Shown: positions 41,868 to 53,716 of the stretch, piece after piece | How positions within the stretch are numbered: position 1 is the first letter of the stretch | Layout: every line of letters begins with the position of its first letter | Assembly: GCA_963674945.2 (NCBI GenBank) | Contig: CAXXWQ010000001.1 | Coordinates: forward strand, 32,001-96,000 | Source: an uncultured Desulfosarcina sp. | Lineage (GTDB): Bacteria; Desulfobacterota; Desulfobacteria; Desulfobacterales; Desulfosarcinaceae | DNA length: 64,000 nt | Direction: 5' to 3' | The notes under the pieces: generated by a model | What the model was told of the DNA's origin: nothing | The model's database searches: none | Seen by the model: the letters and a program-made list of their open reading frames with translations, nothing else | Translations under genes and position numbers: made by a program

Positions 41868-42764
41868 ATGAAAGAACAATTTTATGATGTCGTCGTCGTG
41901 GGTGCCGGACCCGCCGGTTTACAGGCGGCCATTCATGCATCCCGAAAAATGGTCTCGGTACTGGTGATGGGGAAGGTGGACAAGAGCAGCCTCTTCAATG
42001 CCCATGTGGAGAATCTTTGCTGCCTCTTCAACGCCACGGGCCAGACCATGTTGGAGACCGGGCGACGGCAGGCGGAGAACTTCGGGACGAAGTTTCTCGA
42101 TTCGGATATCCTGAAAATTGACGGGCAGAAGGAAAGATTCCTTCTCGATGCGGAAGACGGTCGTCGGATTATCTGCAAGAGTCTGATCCTGGCCACCGGC
42201 ACGGCGCGAAACAAGCTTCGGGTCAAAGGAGAAAAAGAGCTTACGGGAAGAGGTGTCAGCTATTGCGTGGATTGCGATGGCAATTTTTACCGGGGAGAAC
42301 CGGTGGCAGTGGTGGGAAATGAAAGTGCGGCCGCCGCTGGCGCCCTGACATTGGCCGAGATCGCCGGTACGGTACATCTTATCTGCGATGATTTGAAGGT
42401 ATCCGAATCCTTGCGAGAAAAACTCGATCATAGTCCGGTGGTAATACACCGGAAAGCTTCGGTAAAAGAGATTGCCGGCCACGAAATGGTGGAGGGGTTG
42501 GTTCTGGAGGATGGCACCATCTTGTCCACCAGCGGTGTTTTCATCGAACTGGGTGCCAAGGGGCTCATGGAATTGGCAACCGTTCTGGGCGTCGCCCTGG
42601 ATGATGAGATGCGGTTTATCCGGACCGATAAGCAGCAACGCACCAACGTACCGGGGATTTTGGCCGCCGGCGATATCTGCGGTCCTCCCTGGCAGGTGGC
42701 AAAGGCCGTGGGAGAGGGGTGTGTGGCGGGTATCAATGCAGCCGATTATGCGAAGAAGTTATAA
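41868..42764 (+). CDS. Thioredoxin-reductase-like FAD-dependent oxidoreductase
   Basis: GAGPAG FAD motif, GRGVSYCVDCDG (CxxC), TNVPGILAAGD, QVAKAVGEG. Confidence 0.9.
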   Translation: MKEQFYDVVVVGAGPAGLQAAIHASRKMVSVLVMGKVDKSSLFNAHVENLCCLFNATGQTMLETGRRQAENFGTKFLDSDILKIDGQKERFLLDAEDGRRIICKSLILATGTARNKLRVKGEKELTGRGVSYCVDCDGNFYRGEPVAVVGNESAAAAGALTLAEIAGTVHLICDDLKVSESLREKLDHSPVVIHRKASVKEIAGHEMVEGLVLEDGTILSTSGVFIELGAKGLMELATVLGVALDDEMRFIRTDKQQRTNVPGILAAGDICGPPWQVAKAVGEGCVAGINAADYAKKL

Positions 42765-43499
42765 GGATAGGTCCTGGGGTAAAGGCGATCGCAGTCGGAT
42801 TCCCGCAAGATCGATGGCGACGTCGTAGGCAATGATCTCGACGCCGTTTTCCCTGGCAGTGCGAAGCTTCTTTCCATATGCCGGATCGATATGATCCGCA
42901 GGGGCGAAGGTCACGGCATCCATTCGTTGAATGAGGAAGAACATGGCGCACCGAAATCCTTTTCCCACCAGCGTTTGCAGTTCCACCAGATGCTTTTGCC
43001 CCCGAACGGTAACGGCATCGGGAAAGGTGGCGACCCCATCCGTTACCAGCGTGCAGTTTTTGACTTCCACATAGCAGTCACGGCGGTCTGGCGACGTCAG
43101 CAGGATGTCGATGCGGGATCTTTCGCCTGCTTTCACCTCGCGTCGAACCGTTTCATACCCGGTAAGTTCTTCCACGATCCCCGATGAAATGGCCTGGGCC
43201 ACGAGTCTGTTGGGCACCTGGGTGTTGACCCCCACCATGGAGTCGGGCATCTGAATCAGCTCCCAGGTATATTTGAGCTTTCGTTTGGGATTGTCATGGC
43301 AGGAGAGAAATACCGGCTGACCCGGCAGGCAGCACGCCTTCATGCTTCCTGAATTGGGGCAGTGGGCCGTGACGGTCTGGCCGTTATCCAGGCGGACATC
43401 TGCCAGGAAACGTTTGTATCGCCGGATCAGGGTTCCGCGGATCAATTCCGGCCAGCGGAGCTTGTCTTCTGGAATATGCGTTTTTTGATTCTTGTTCAT
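42759..43499 (-). CDS. sfsA: DNA/RNA nuclease SfsA
   Basis: RRYKRFLADV, AHCPNSGSM, SRID, YVEVKNCTL, FPDAVTVRGQKHL; ATG at 43499 overlaps the upstream TGA. Confidence 0.95.
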   Translation of the reverse strand: MNKNQKTHIPEDKLRWPELIRGTLIRRYKRFLADVRLDNGQTVTAHCPNSGSMKACCLPGQPVFLSCHDNPKRKLKYTWELIQMPDSMVGVNTQVPNRLVAQAISSGIVEELTGYETVRREVKAGERSRIDILLTSPDRRDCYVEVKNCTLVTDGVATFPDAVTVRGQKHLVELQTLVGKGFRCAMFFLIQRMDAVTFAPADHIDPAYGKKLRTARENGVEIIAYDVAIDLAGIRLRSPLPQDLSL

Positions 43500-44011
43500 G
43501 GGCAGACGTTCCCATACCGGCCGGATGCGCATTGGCAGTGGGCCTTTGGTTTTACGAATCCGTCCGAACAGCGACTTTTTACGAGGTCATCCGTATGGAT
43601 AAGTTCCAGTATTTCCGTTTTGGTGTACAGGCGGCCCTGGCCGATGCCCGGGCATTGGCGGCGGATCGTTTGCCAACGGGCTTCACTGCGCAGGTTTATG
43701 AACCAGAACGGAAATTGTCTGCACTGATGGGGGCGGACCGGATGGATTCGGCAACCATTTTCGAAAAACAGGCAGTTTCCATCCCGGTCCTCTCTTATGG
43801 TGTGACCGCCTTCCCATGGTGCAAGGTACGTTTGGATGAAACGCCCTTCGGTGATGTTTATATAGGCGGCGATATCGGCGATCTCCCGTCGGTTCACGCG
43901 TACGATACCCGGCGCGCCGGTGCAGCAATTTCCGCATCGCCGGCACGCGAACCGGATGCCGTTATCGAAAAAATAGCTGTGACGGTCAAAGGGATTCATT
44001 GGCTTGTCCAC
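43496..44011 (-). CDS. YkgJ-family cysteine-cluster (CxxCxxCC) protein
   Basis: FACRRCGNCC, CLFF..GCRIHPVRPHQCRQFPFW, CPGIG. Confidence 0.9.
   Translation of the reverse strand: MDKPMNPFDRHSYFFDNGIRFACRRCGNCCTGAPGIVRVNRREIADIAAYINITEGRFIQTYLAPWEGGHTIREDRDGNCLFFENGCRIHPVRPHQCRQFPFWFINLRSEARWQTIRRQCPGIGQGRLYTKTEILELIHTDDLVKSRCSDGFVKPKAHCQCASGRYGNVCP
43550..43591. repeat. 42-bp right-end fragment of the GACGG-TIR element inside the YkgJ ORF (copy A4)
   Basis: TTTTACGAATCCGTCCGAACAGCGACTTTTTACGAGGTCATC matches 627-668 and 35064-35105. Confidence 0.85.
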
Positions 44012-44084
44012 AGGAATAACGCCGGAGGTCCTATCCTTCCGGCGTTATTCTGTTTCTATCGTTTATCGGATACTGAATCAAAGG

Positions 44085-44579
44085 TTATCGGTACGGGCAG
44101 TCACCGGGACCATTTGCCATACCCCGGCCCTTTCCATGGTGTCCCCGGCCATCCATTAGGTAGCCCCTTGCCGCATCCGGATTGATTTGTTTCATGGCCA
44201 TGATGTGTTTCAGTCGTTTCTGGTCCAGCCGCGTCTGAAGTTCGGAGATCTCCTTTTGAATGTTTTCGGCGACCTTTGCGTCGGGTTGCTGTTTTGCGAT
44301 TTCCGCTTTCAACGCCTGGTGTTTTGCAAATATTTCCTGCCTTTCCTCCTTGGTGGCCTCGAAATAGGCATTTCGTTCGGCATCGATCTGTGCTCTTTGT
44401 TCATCCGTAAGATTCGCATTCATCCGGCCATAACGGCAATCCCCCTTTCCATACCCATTGCCACCTCCGCTCCCGTCCCGGTTTCCCATGCCTTTTCCGG
44501 CAAAGGCATTGGCGCCTGTAGCGATGACGGCGATTGCAATCAGCGTGGCCAAAAGATTTCGTACTGTGTTGGTTTTCAT
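44085..44579 (-). CDS. zraP: ZraP/Spy/CpxP-family periplasmic protein
   Basis: Signal peptide (ANAFA), Gly-rich linker, LTDEQ motif, helical repeat, Gly/His-rich tail; divergent from a ZraSR-like pair. Confidence 0.75.
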   Translation of the reverse strand: MKTNTVRNLLATLIAIAVIATGANAFAGKGMGNRDGSGGGNGYGKGDCRYGRMNANLTDEQRAQIDAERNAYFEATKEERQEIFAKHQALKAEIAKQQPDAKVAENIQKEISELQTRLDQKRLKHIMAMKQINPDAARGYLMDGRGHHGKGRGMANGPGDCPYR

Positions 44580-44656
44580 GGGGTACTCCTTTCTCGTTCG
44601 TCTGTTTTGCGTTCTGTCCAATGGAACAAATGGGTTGTAATCTCAACGATCACATG

Positions 44657-44673
44657 AGCAAGGCGAATGCCAA
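44657..44673 (-). promoter_or_regulatory. Sigma54 (-24/-12) promoter of zraP
   Basis: Minus strand TTGGCAT-TCGCC-TTGCT fits TGGCAC-N5-TTGCW, about 80 bp upstream of the ATG. Confidence 0.8.
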
Positions 44674-44855
44674 TTCCATTTGATTTTTTTTCCCAATGGT
44701 CATAACCTTCTGAATCTAACAATGAATATTGCCTTTGCAACACGAATCCTTCATGACCGGTACATGCGCGGAAAGATTGCAGGGTGGGTAGAAAGTAACC
44801 GGATTGGGTTTCCAATCCGGTTAAAAACGTTCCGGTAATAAAAAGCGGATGATGC

Positions 44856-46577
44856 ATGACTGACAGATCAAAAATCAAGGCGCTTCTCTCGGGCCTTTCG
44901 CCGTGGGTTCTTCTCGGAGCGGTCGGTGTGATGCTGCCCATCGTGGTCGCCATGGCGCTGACCAATATTAACCATAATAAGCAGCAGAGCATTCGTCTGA
45001 TGATGGAAAAGGGCGGGGCGCTCATCCGTTCCTTCGAGGCGGGAACACGGATGGGCATGAGAGGCGGACACGGCAGCGGTTTTGAATTGCAGCGGCTTTT
45101 GATTGAAACCGCTGCGCAACCGGACATCGCCTACCTGTTGGTGACCCGAACCGATGGAACGATCATCGCCCACAGCCAGATAGATCTCGTGGGGAAAACC
45201 TACGATCATGTTTCAGACCTCGGCCCGGTTCTGTCATCCGGCGAAATGGCATGGCGGCGGACGACGTTTCCGGACGGAGAATCGGTTTTTGAAGTTTATC
45301 GTTATTTCAAACCATTGGAAAGAAGGTCCCGCCATCCCAAACATGGGCAGGGGATGCGAATGCACCCGGTGGAACGGGACCCGACGCCCATGGTGATTTT
45401 CGTGGGCTTTCGGACCGACGCCATCGATGCGGCCCATCGAAACGACATGCGTCATACGACGGTTCTGGCCGTCGTCCTGTTATTGGTGGGCTGTGCCGGC
45501 GTGCTTTTGCTCTTTCTCACCCACAACTACCGGCTGGCCCGCACCTCCCTGTCCCGGCAGAAGGCCTTTTCCGATGACCTGGTTTCCCGAATGCCCATGG
45601 GACTCGTGGCCCTGGACCGCTACGGTGCGGTGAGCGCCCTCAACGCCGTCGCCGAGGCGACCTTGGGAATCCGGGCGGACAATGCCGTCGGCAGGCCCTA
45701 TACGGAAGTGATTCCTCCCTCTTTGACCGAGATTCTGACCCACGCCGATACCCTGGTGGAAAAAGAGGTCCAGTGCACGGTGAAAGACGGGGTGACCATA
45801 CCGCTGGACGTGAGTGCCGCCACCCTGACGGACGAAAACAACGAGGGTTTCGGCCGCGTGTTGTTGTTCAAGGATCTTTCGGAGATTCGATCCCTCCACG
45901 AAGAGCTGGAAAAGACCCGCCGTCTGGCCTCAGTGGGACAACTGGCAGCCGGTGTTGCCCACGAGATTCGAAACCCGTTGAGTTCCATCAAGGGATTTGC
46001 CACCTACTTCAAGGAAAAATACCCGGATCGGGAAAAGGATCGACAGGTGGCCACCATCATGATCCAGGAGGTGGACCGGCTCAACCGGGTGGTGGGACAA
46101 TTGCTGGATTTTTCGAGGCCGATTCGGCTTCACCGGCGAGTCGTGCCCCTTTCATCCTTTTTTCGAGACGCCCTTCAACTGGTAGCCGGACAATGCGAAC
46201 GGGCCGGTGTCACCACGAAATTGGATCTGGCCGATGCGGACCTGACGATGGCAATGGATACGGACAAGATGAGCCAGGTGATGCTGAACCTTTTTCTGAA
46301 CGCATTGGATGCCATGCCCGAAGGGGGACGTTTATCGGTTCGGGTGGATCAAAATGAAAAGGGAGAGATACGCGTGACGGTGGCCGATACCGGAACCGGT
46401 ATCGGCGCCGGGGACCTGCCCCATCTCTTCGATCCCTATTTCTCGACCAAGCAGGCCGGAACCGGTCTGGGTCTTGCCATTGTCCATAACATCGTCAAGG
46501 CACATGGTGGACGGATCCGGGTGGAAAGCCGGTTGGGGGAGGGAACACGGTTCGAGATGATTATGCCGACTGCCTAA
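44856..46577 (+). CDS. zraS: ZraS-like sensor histidine kinase (TM, PAS, HisKA, HATPase)
   Basis: [18 protein letters not shown] and [13 protein letters not shown] are ZraS/HydH-like; [19 protein letters not shown]. Confidence 0.85.
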   Translation: MTDRSKIKALLSGLSPWVLLGAVGVMLPIVVAMALTNINHNKQQSIRLMMEKGGALIRSFEAGTRMGMRGGHGSGFELQRLLIETAAQPDIAYLLVTRTDGTIIAHSQIDLVGKTYDHVSDLGPVLSSGEMAWRRTTFPDGESVFEVYRYFKPLERRSRHPKHGQGMRMHPVERDPTPMVIFVGFRTDAIDAAHRNDMRHTTVLAVVLLLVGCAGVLLLFLTHNYRLARTSLSRQKAFSDDLVSRMPMGLVALDRYGAVSALNAVAEATLGIRADNAVGRPYTEVIPPSLTEILTHADTLVEKEVQCTVKDGVTIPLDVSAATLTDENNEGFGRVLLFKDLSEIRSLHEELEKTRRLASVGQLAAGVAHEIRNPLSSIKGFATYFKEKYPDREKDRQVATIMIQEVDRLNRVVGQLLDFSRPIRLHRRVVPLSSFFRDALQLVAGQCERAGVTTKLDLADADLTMAMDTDKMSQVMLNLFLNALDAMPEGGRLSVRVDQNEKGEIRVTVADTGTGIGAGDLPHLFDPYFSTKQAGTGLGLAIVHNIVKAHGGRIRVESRLGEGTRFEMIMPTA

Positions 46578-46583
46578 GGAGGG

Positions 46584-47942
46584 ATGATGGCTGGAAAATA
46601 CCATATCCTGGTCGTTGACGATGATGGGGCCCACCGGACCATGCTCCATACACTGGTAGAGGGATGGGGATACGATATCGCGGAAGCCGATGACGGTGAG
46701 ACGGCCGTTGCCGTCGTCGGGCAAAAGCCCATCGACCTCGTGCTCATGGACATCCGGATGGTTCGGCTTTCGGGAATTCAGGCGCTGGAGCAGATCCGGG
46801 CCATCAACCCATCCATTCCCGTGGTGCTGATGACGGCATACGCATCCATCGAAATGGCCGTGGACGCTCTGAAAAAAGGTGCCTACGACTATCTGACCAA
46901 GCCTCTGGATTTCGAAAAGCTGCGGCTGACCCTGGACCGGGCATTGGAGCATTTTCGTCTCAGGAGGGAAAACCGGGAACTCAAGCGGCGGCTGGCAGAC
47001 GGTTTTCATGCGCCTCGGATTATCGGCAACAGCCCGGCAATGGTCCGTCTGCTGGAAACCGTGGCCCAGGTCGCCCCTTCCGAGGCCACGGTGATGATTA
47101 CCGGTGAATCGGGAACGGGAAAGGAACTGGTGGCGGCATCCATCCACCATAACAGCCCGCGCAGGAAGGGGCCTTTCGTAAAGGTCAACTGCGCCGCCAT
47201 CACCGAGACACTCTTGGAGTCGGAACTCTTCGGCCATGAGAAAGGAGCGTTTACCGGTGCCGATCGACGCAAGGAGGGACGCTTCGTACAGGCGGACAAA
47301 GGAAGCCTCTTTCTGGACGAGGTGGGCGAAATGTCCATCTCCATGCAGGTGAAACTGCTGCGCGTGATACAGGAGCGGGAATTGACACGGGTTGGCGGCG
47401 ATCAGACGATCCGTGTGGATGTTCGCCTGATCACCGCCACAAACCAGGATCTGGCCCATATGGTCAGCCAGGGCACATTTCGGGAGGATCTGTACTATCG
47501 TTTGAATGTCGTCGAAGTAAAGACGCCGCCGCTGCGTAAGCGCAGGGAGGACATTCCTTTGCTGGCCGAACACTTTCTGACGCATTTTGCCGAAAAGAAT
47601 CGCAAGTCGGCAAGCCGCTTCTCCCCCCGCGCCATGGACCTGCTGATTCGTCATCCATGGCCGGGCAATGTCCGGGAACTGATGAATACCATCGAACGGG
47701 CGGTGGTGCTTTCCCGCGGCGATTGTCTGGTGGAGGAGGATTTTGCCTTCCTCTCCCCGGGGCAATGGAAAACCGACGATCCGGCAACCGTGGCCGATCT
47801 TTCATTGGCGGCCATCGAAGGGCAGGCCATCGTTCGAACACTGGAATCGACGGGCGGCAACAAGAGTGAAGCGGCAAGGCGGCTGGGCATTACCCGGAAA
47901 ACCCTTCGGGATAAGTTAAAGAAACTGGATCACTCCCCATAA
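46584..47942 (+). CDS. zraR: ZraR-like sigma54-dependent response regulator
   Basis: VAPSEATVMITGESGTGKE, GAFTGADRRKEGRF, GNKSEAARRLGITRKTL. Confidence 0.88.
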   Translation: MMAGKYHILVVDDDGAHRTMLHTLVEGWGYDIAEADDGETAVAVVGQKPIDLVLMDIRMVRLSGIQALEQIRAINPSIPVVLMTAYASIEMAVDALKKGAYDYLTKPLDFEKLRLTLDRALEHFRLRRENRELKRRLADGFHAPRIIGNSPAMVRLLETVAQVAPSEATVMITGESGTGKELVAASIHHNSPRRKGPFVKVNCAAITETLLESELFGHEKGAFTGADRRKEGRFVQADKGSLFLDEVGEMSISMQVKLLRVIQERELTRVGGDQTIRVDVRLITATNQDLAHMVSQGTFREDLYYRLNVVEVKTPPLRKRREDIPLLAEHFLTHFAEKNRKSASRFSPRAMDLLIRHPWPGNVRELMNTIERAVVLSRGDCLVEEDFAFLSPGQWKTDDPATVADLSLAAIEGQAIVRTLESTGGNKSEAARRLGITRKTLRDKLKKLDHSP

Positions 47943-48011
47943 CGATTGCCTATCCAGAAATGGCCAATTCAATTGTCGCTTTGGCCTGGAAAAGCTTTTT
48001 ACGAAGCCGCC
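47940..48011. repeat. Hybrid remnant joining the ends of two element subfamilies
   Basis: TAACGATTGCCTATCCAGAAATGGCCAATT (as 52641) joined to TGGCCTGGAAAAGCTTTTTACGAAGCCGCC (GACGG-type right end). Confidence 0.75.
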
Positions 48012-48102
48012 AACCATTGGGTAAAGTCCGCCTTTTCACTGCCGATATAGATGTCACCGCATGGCAAAGGTCATCCGCCTAAGGAGAAAGGGTCGTTTTT
48101 AG

Positions 48103-50163
<2,061 letters not shown>

Positions 50164-50171
50164 GAGCGCAT

Positions 50172-50489
50172 ATGAATTTGAAGGAACTGGCAGAAAATAT
50201 CGGCCTGGAGGAGGACGAGTTCCGGGAGTTGGTGGAATTGTTCGTAGAGACGGCCGGATCGGATTTTGAACGCTTGAAGACGGCCTTCGATGAGGGCGAC
50301 GCGGAAAAGGTGGCACGGGTCGCCCATACCATCAACGGGGCATCCGGCAACCTGGGAATCACGAATATCCACGAAGTGGCCAAAAGAATCGAACTGGCCG
50401 CCGGCAACAAAGAACTGGATGTCGTTTCCGACGACGTGGCCCATCTCGCGGAGCTTTTCGAAGAGGTCGGGAAAATCGTATATCCCTGA
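50172..50489 (+). CDS. Hpt phosphotransfer protein
   Basis: ELVELF..., AHTINGASGNLG Hpt motif; follows the hybrid kinase. Confidence 0.9.
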   Translation: MNLKELAENIGLEEDEFRELVELFVETAGSDFERLKTAFDEGDAEKVARVAHTINGASGNLGITNIHEVAKRIELAAGNKELDVVSDDVAHLAELFEEVGKIVYP

Positions 50490-50534
50490 CACCCTTCTGT
50501 CACTTTTGCGAAAAATCTGATATACGTCCCCCCT

Positions 50535-51437
50535 ATGATGCAACCTCGTATGGATACGCCCTGCCGGGAATTGTATTCCCGAATCGTCGCAGGCATCGAA
50601 AATGGGGGGAGACTTTCAAGAAGGGTTCTCGGCTATATCGAAACCTCCCTTTTCTCTCCGGATCCCGACTCCCTGGCGGCGTTTCTGGCCGATGACGACG
50701 ACTGCGAGAGAGACAGCCTGCTGGACCTGATCTTTTTCCCCGACCACGACCTGCAGATCGACATCGAACCGTTGCTGGAATCCAGAATCTTTTCCCGTGA
50801 GGATGAAGAGACCTTAGATCGCCTGCTGGTCAACCAGACAGTCACGGCGCCCATCCACATGCCGGACGGACGCCTGTTGATCCACATCACGGTCCCCGAT
50901 TTCATCAAGTCTCAATTCGTAAGGCGGCTGAACCTGTCCTGGCAATTGGATCTTTCCATCAAAGGGGCAATCGACAAGGGCGTGCCGAAAGGGCGCCAGA
51001 CCCTGGTGAAGGTCCGGCTGCGAAATGCGAATGTCCGGTTCTCTCCCACGGGACAGGCGCTGCTCTGTCGATTTTTCGAACGGATGCCCGGCGATGACAG
51101 GGATTACTTGCCGGGTCTGGATCTCGTGCTCACTTTCTCCAAGAGCAATGCCGAGACCGAGGATTTGTACGAAATATTCGCCGAGCACAAGCGCTTTCTG
51201 TTTCGCTCCCTTCAGCAGGCCAAACGCTTTGAAGCGATGCTGGCCCGGTCCAACATGGAAACCATGATGGCACAGGGCTTTCGGGCGACCCATGCGTCCA
51301 AGAGCGATCTTTTGCAGCGCATGCTCCTGCTCGACGGGATCTGTTACCGGCTTTTCGGCAGAACCGAGATCATCTGCAGTCCCCTGGAAGAACCGCTCCG
51401 GCACGTGCCCGATATCAAAGATGCGGTGTTTCCCTGA
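50535..51437 (+). CDS. Hypothetical protein
   Basis: 300-aa ORF co-oriented with its neighbours; no motif recognised. Confidence 0.7.
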   Translation: MMQPRMDTPCRELYSRIVAGIENGGRLSRRVLGYIETSLFSPDPDSLAAFLADDDDCERDSLLDLIFFPDHDLQIDIEPLLESRIFSREDEETLDRLLVNQTVTAPIHMPDGRLLIHITVPDFIKSQFVRRLNLSWQLDLSIKGAIDKGVPKGRQTLVKVRLRNANVRFSPTGQALLCRFFERMPGDDRDYLPGLDLVLTFSKSNAETEDLYEIFAEHKRFLFRSLQQAKRFEAMLARSNMETMMAQGFRATHASKSDLLQRMLLLDGICYRLFGRTEIICSPLEEPLRHVPDIKDAVFP

Positions 51438-51525
51438 TTGCAGTTAATTAAACCTCGGGCTCTGCCTGAGCGACCCCTGGAAGTTCGGACCGGTCCTGCG
51501 AGACACTCAATCGGCAGAAGCTTTT

Positions 51526-51702
51526 TTGAACATCGAACATTGAACATCCAGCGTCCAACGTCGAATGCAAAGATCGCTTCGCTCCATCGTTTGACAAAAG
51601 GAATTACCGGTCATTTGTTTCCGTCTGTAAAGCAGGGTCTACAAACGATTAAGATCGACAGAATGCCTTATTCGAAGTCGGACGTTCGATGTTCGGCGTT
51701 CA
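51526..51702. repeat. Long inverted repeat with 7-nt-period arms
   Basis: TTGAACATCGAACATTGAACATCCAGCGTCCAACGTCGAAT ... ATTCGAAGTCGGACGTTCGATGTTCGGCGTTCA. Confidence 0.78.
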
Positions 51703-51959
51703 TAGGCCTGGATTTTAGCCCCCTTTGAGCAGGCTTCATAATACCACCCGCTCTGCAGTTGGTCGGTGATTTCCCCTCCCTCTTGAAAATACCGTCCATT
51801 TTTTCGTTGGAAACCGCCGGGTTTGCCACACCATTCGGTTTACAAACGGTACAAAATGAGATAGGCAGGATCGCGGTGGGAAAGGTTCGACTGCCCCATC
51901 GATTCATTCATTGCCGGCCATCCATGGCTCCAATTTACAAGAAGTGGAACAAGTGTGTT

Positions 51960-52643
51960 ATGCATTTCAATACGATGAAAACCATGGCCATGTCCACCGT
52001 CCTTGGCGTGTTGATGGTTGTTTCTGCCTTTGTGCCGTCTTCGTCTGCTTCCGATGTCGACGGAACCATAGAAAAAATCATCGGCGGTGTGGAATCCCGG
52101 TATAACATCCCCGGGTTTTCCGCGGATTTCGAACAATCGTCGATCCTCAAGGCAATGGATGTCACCGACAGGGCGTCCGGCAGACTCATGGTGCGTCAAC
52201 CGGGAAAGATGCGGTGGGAGTATTTCGCCCCCGATCCGCAGACCATCATTACAGATGGTGTCGATCTGTGGATATTCCGTCCCGAGGAGAACCAGGTGAT
52301 GGTGGGAAAGGCGCCCTCTTTGTTCGGAGAAGGAAAGGGAGCGGGATTCTTATCCAACATCCGATCGGTTCGTGATAGTTTTACCATCTCTCTCGAACCC
52401 GATGAAACACCCGGACAATACCGGCTCAAGATGATTCCCGAGAAACCTTCGGCGGATCTGACGGCCGTGGAATTGCAAATCACCAGGGCGCACTATGACA
52501 TCGTTTCGATCACGACATTCAATGTGTACGGCGACGAAACGATCATCGAGTTAAAGAATATCAATCGGGAAGAGGTGCCGTTCGAAGCGTTATTTCGTTT
52601 CGAAGTGCCTGAGGGGGCTGACGTCGTCCAGATGAACCCATAA
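51960..52643 (+). CDS. lolA: Outer-membrane lipoprotein carrier protein LolA
   Basis: Signal peptide, FSADFEQ, ASGRLMVRQPGKMRWEY, IITDGVDLWIF.PEENQV, F.FEVPEGADV; exact start uncertain. Confidence 0.9.
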   Translation: MHFNTMKTMAMSTVLGVLMVVSAFVPSSSASDVDGTIEKIIGGVESRYNIPGFSADFEQSSILKAMDVTDRASGRLMVRQPGKMRWEYFAPDPQTIITDGVDLWIFRPEENQVMVGKAPSLFGEGKGAGFLSNIRSVRDSFTISLEPDETPGQYRLKMIPEKPSADLTAVELQITRAHYDIVSITTFNVYGDETIIELKNINREEVPFEALFRFEVPEGADVVQMNP

Positions 52644-52793
52644 CGATTGCCCATCCAGAAATGACCAATTTGCCCGATATCGGCGTTGCACGAAAAATTT
52701 TATCCTCGGAATATCAACCATATGCCTGTGGTAAAATTTTTCGTGCGCCTTGATCTCGACCAAATTCTCCTATTTCTGGATAGACAATAATTA
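52641..52793. repeat. Palindromic element, ATCCAGAAAT-TIR subfamily, copy B3
   Basis: TAACGATTGCCCATCCAGAAAT ... ATTTCTGGATAGACAATAATTA ends (18/22 complementary); perfect 15-bp inner stem GCACGAAAAATTTTA / TAAAATTTTTCGTGC. Confidence 0.88.
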
Positions 52794-52819
52794 ATGACCA
52801 TCCAAACGAAGATCCAGTC

Positions 52820-53716
52820 ATGCAAACGAAAATTAAAAAACTGCTCAAGGAAAAAAACGCCATCCTGCTGGCCCACAACTACCAGCCGCCAGAGATTCAG
52901 GACCTGGCGGACATGTGTGGGGATTCCCTGGAACTCAGCATCCGGGCCGGAGAGACGGACGCGGACGTGATCGTCTTTTGCGGCGTTCATTTCATGGCGG
53001 AGACCGCATCCATCATCTCGCCGGACAAGATCGTATTGTTGCCGCGAACAGATGCCGGTTGCCCCATGGCCGACATGATCGACGCCCGGTCCCTGACGGC
53101 AAAAAAGGCCGGCCTTGCCCCCATGCCGGTGGTGACCTATGTCAACTCCACGGCCGAAGTAAAGGCGTTATCGACAATCTGCTGTACTTCCGCCAACGTC
53201 GTCAAGGTGGTGAGAAGCATACCGGAAAAGGAGATGCTGCTGGCCCCGGATCGAAACCTGGCCATGTATGCCGCTTCCAAAACGGATAAGAAGATTCACA
53301 TCTGGGACGGCTATTGCCCCGTCCATGAATCGCTAACCGCCGCGGACGCACGGAAGGCAAAGGCGGATCACCCGGGCGCCGTCTTCATGGCCCATCCGGA
53401 GTGCCGGCCGGATGTGCTTGCCCTTGCCGATGTGGTGGAGAGTACGTCGGGAATGCTTCGATACGCACAGCAGTCCGAAAATGACAGTTTCATCGTCGGG
53501 ACAGAGGTCGGCATTCTGCATCCCATTCGAAAACAGAATCCGGACAAGGTCTTTTATCCTGCCTCGGAAAAAATGGTCTGTCACGACATGAAGCGCATCG
53601 GCCTGTCCGACGTGGTTGCGTGTCTGGAAGAGATGTCCGGGCAGGTCAAGGTGCCGGAGGAGATCCGCGTTCCGGCCCTTTCCGCGGTGCGGAAGATGAT
53701 CGACATCTCCAAATAA
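52820..53716 (+). CDS. nadA: Quinolinate synthase
   Basis: LAHNYQ, GDSL, FCGVHFMAETA, AGCPMA, YVNST, AHPEC. Confidence 0.97.
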   Translation: MQTKIKKLLKEKNAILLAHNYQPPEIQDLADMCGDSLELSIRAGETDADVIVFCGVHFMAETASIISPDKIVLLPRTDAGCPMADMIDARSLTAKKAGLAPMPVVTYVNSTAEVKALSTICCTSANVVKVVRSIPEKEMLLAPDRNLAMYAASKTDKKIHIWDGYCPVHESLTAADARKAKADHPGAVFMAHPECRPDVLALADVVESTSGMLRYAQQSENDSFIVGTEVGILHPIRKQNPDKVFYPASEKMVCHDMKRIGLSDVVACLEEMSGQVKVPEEIRVPALSAVRKMIDISK

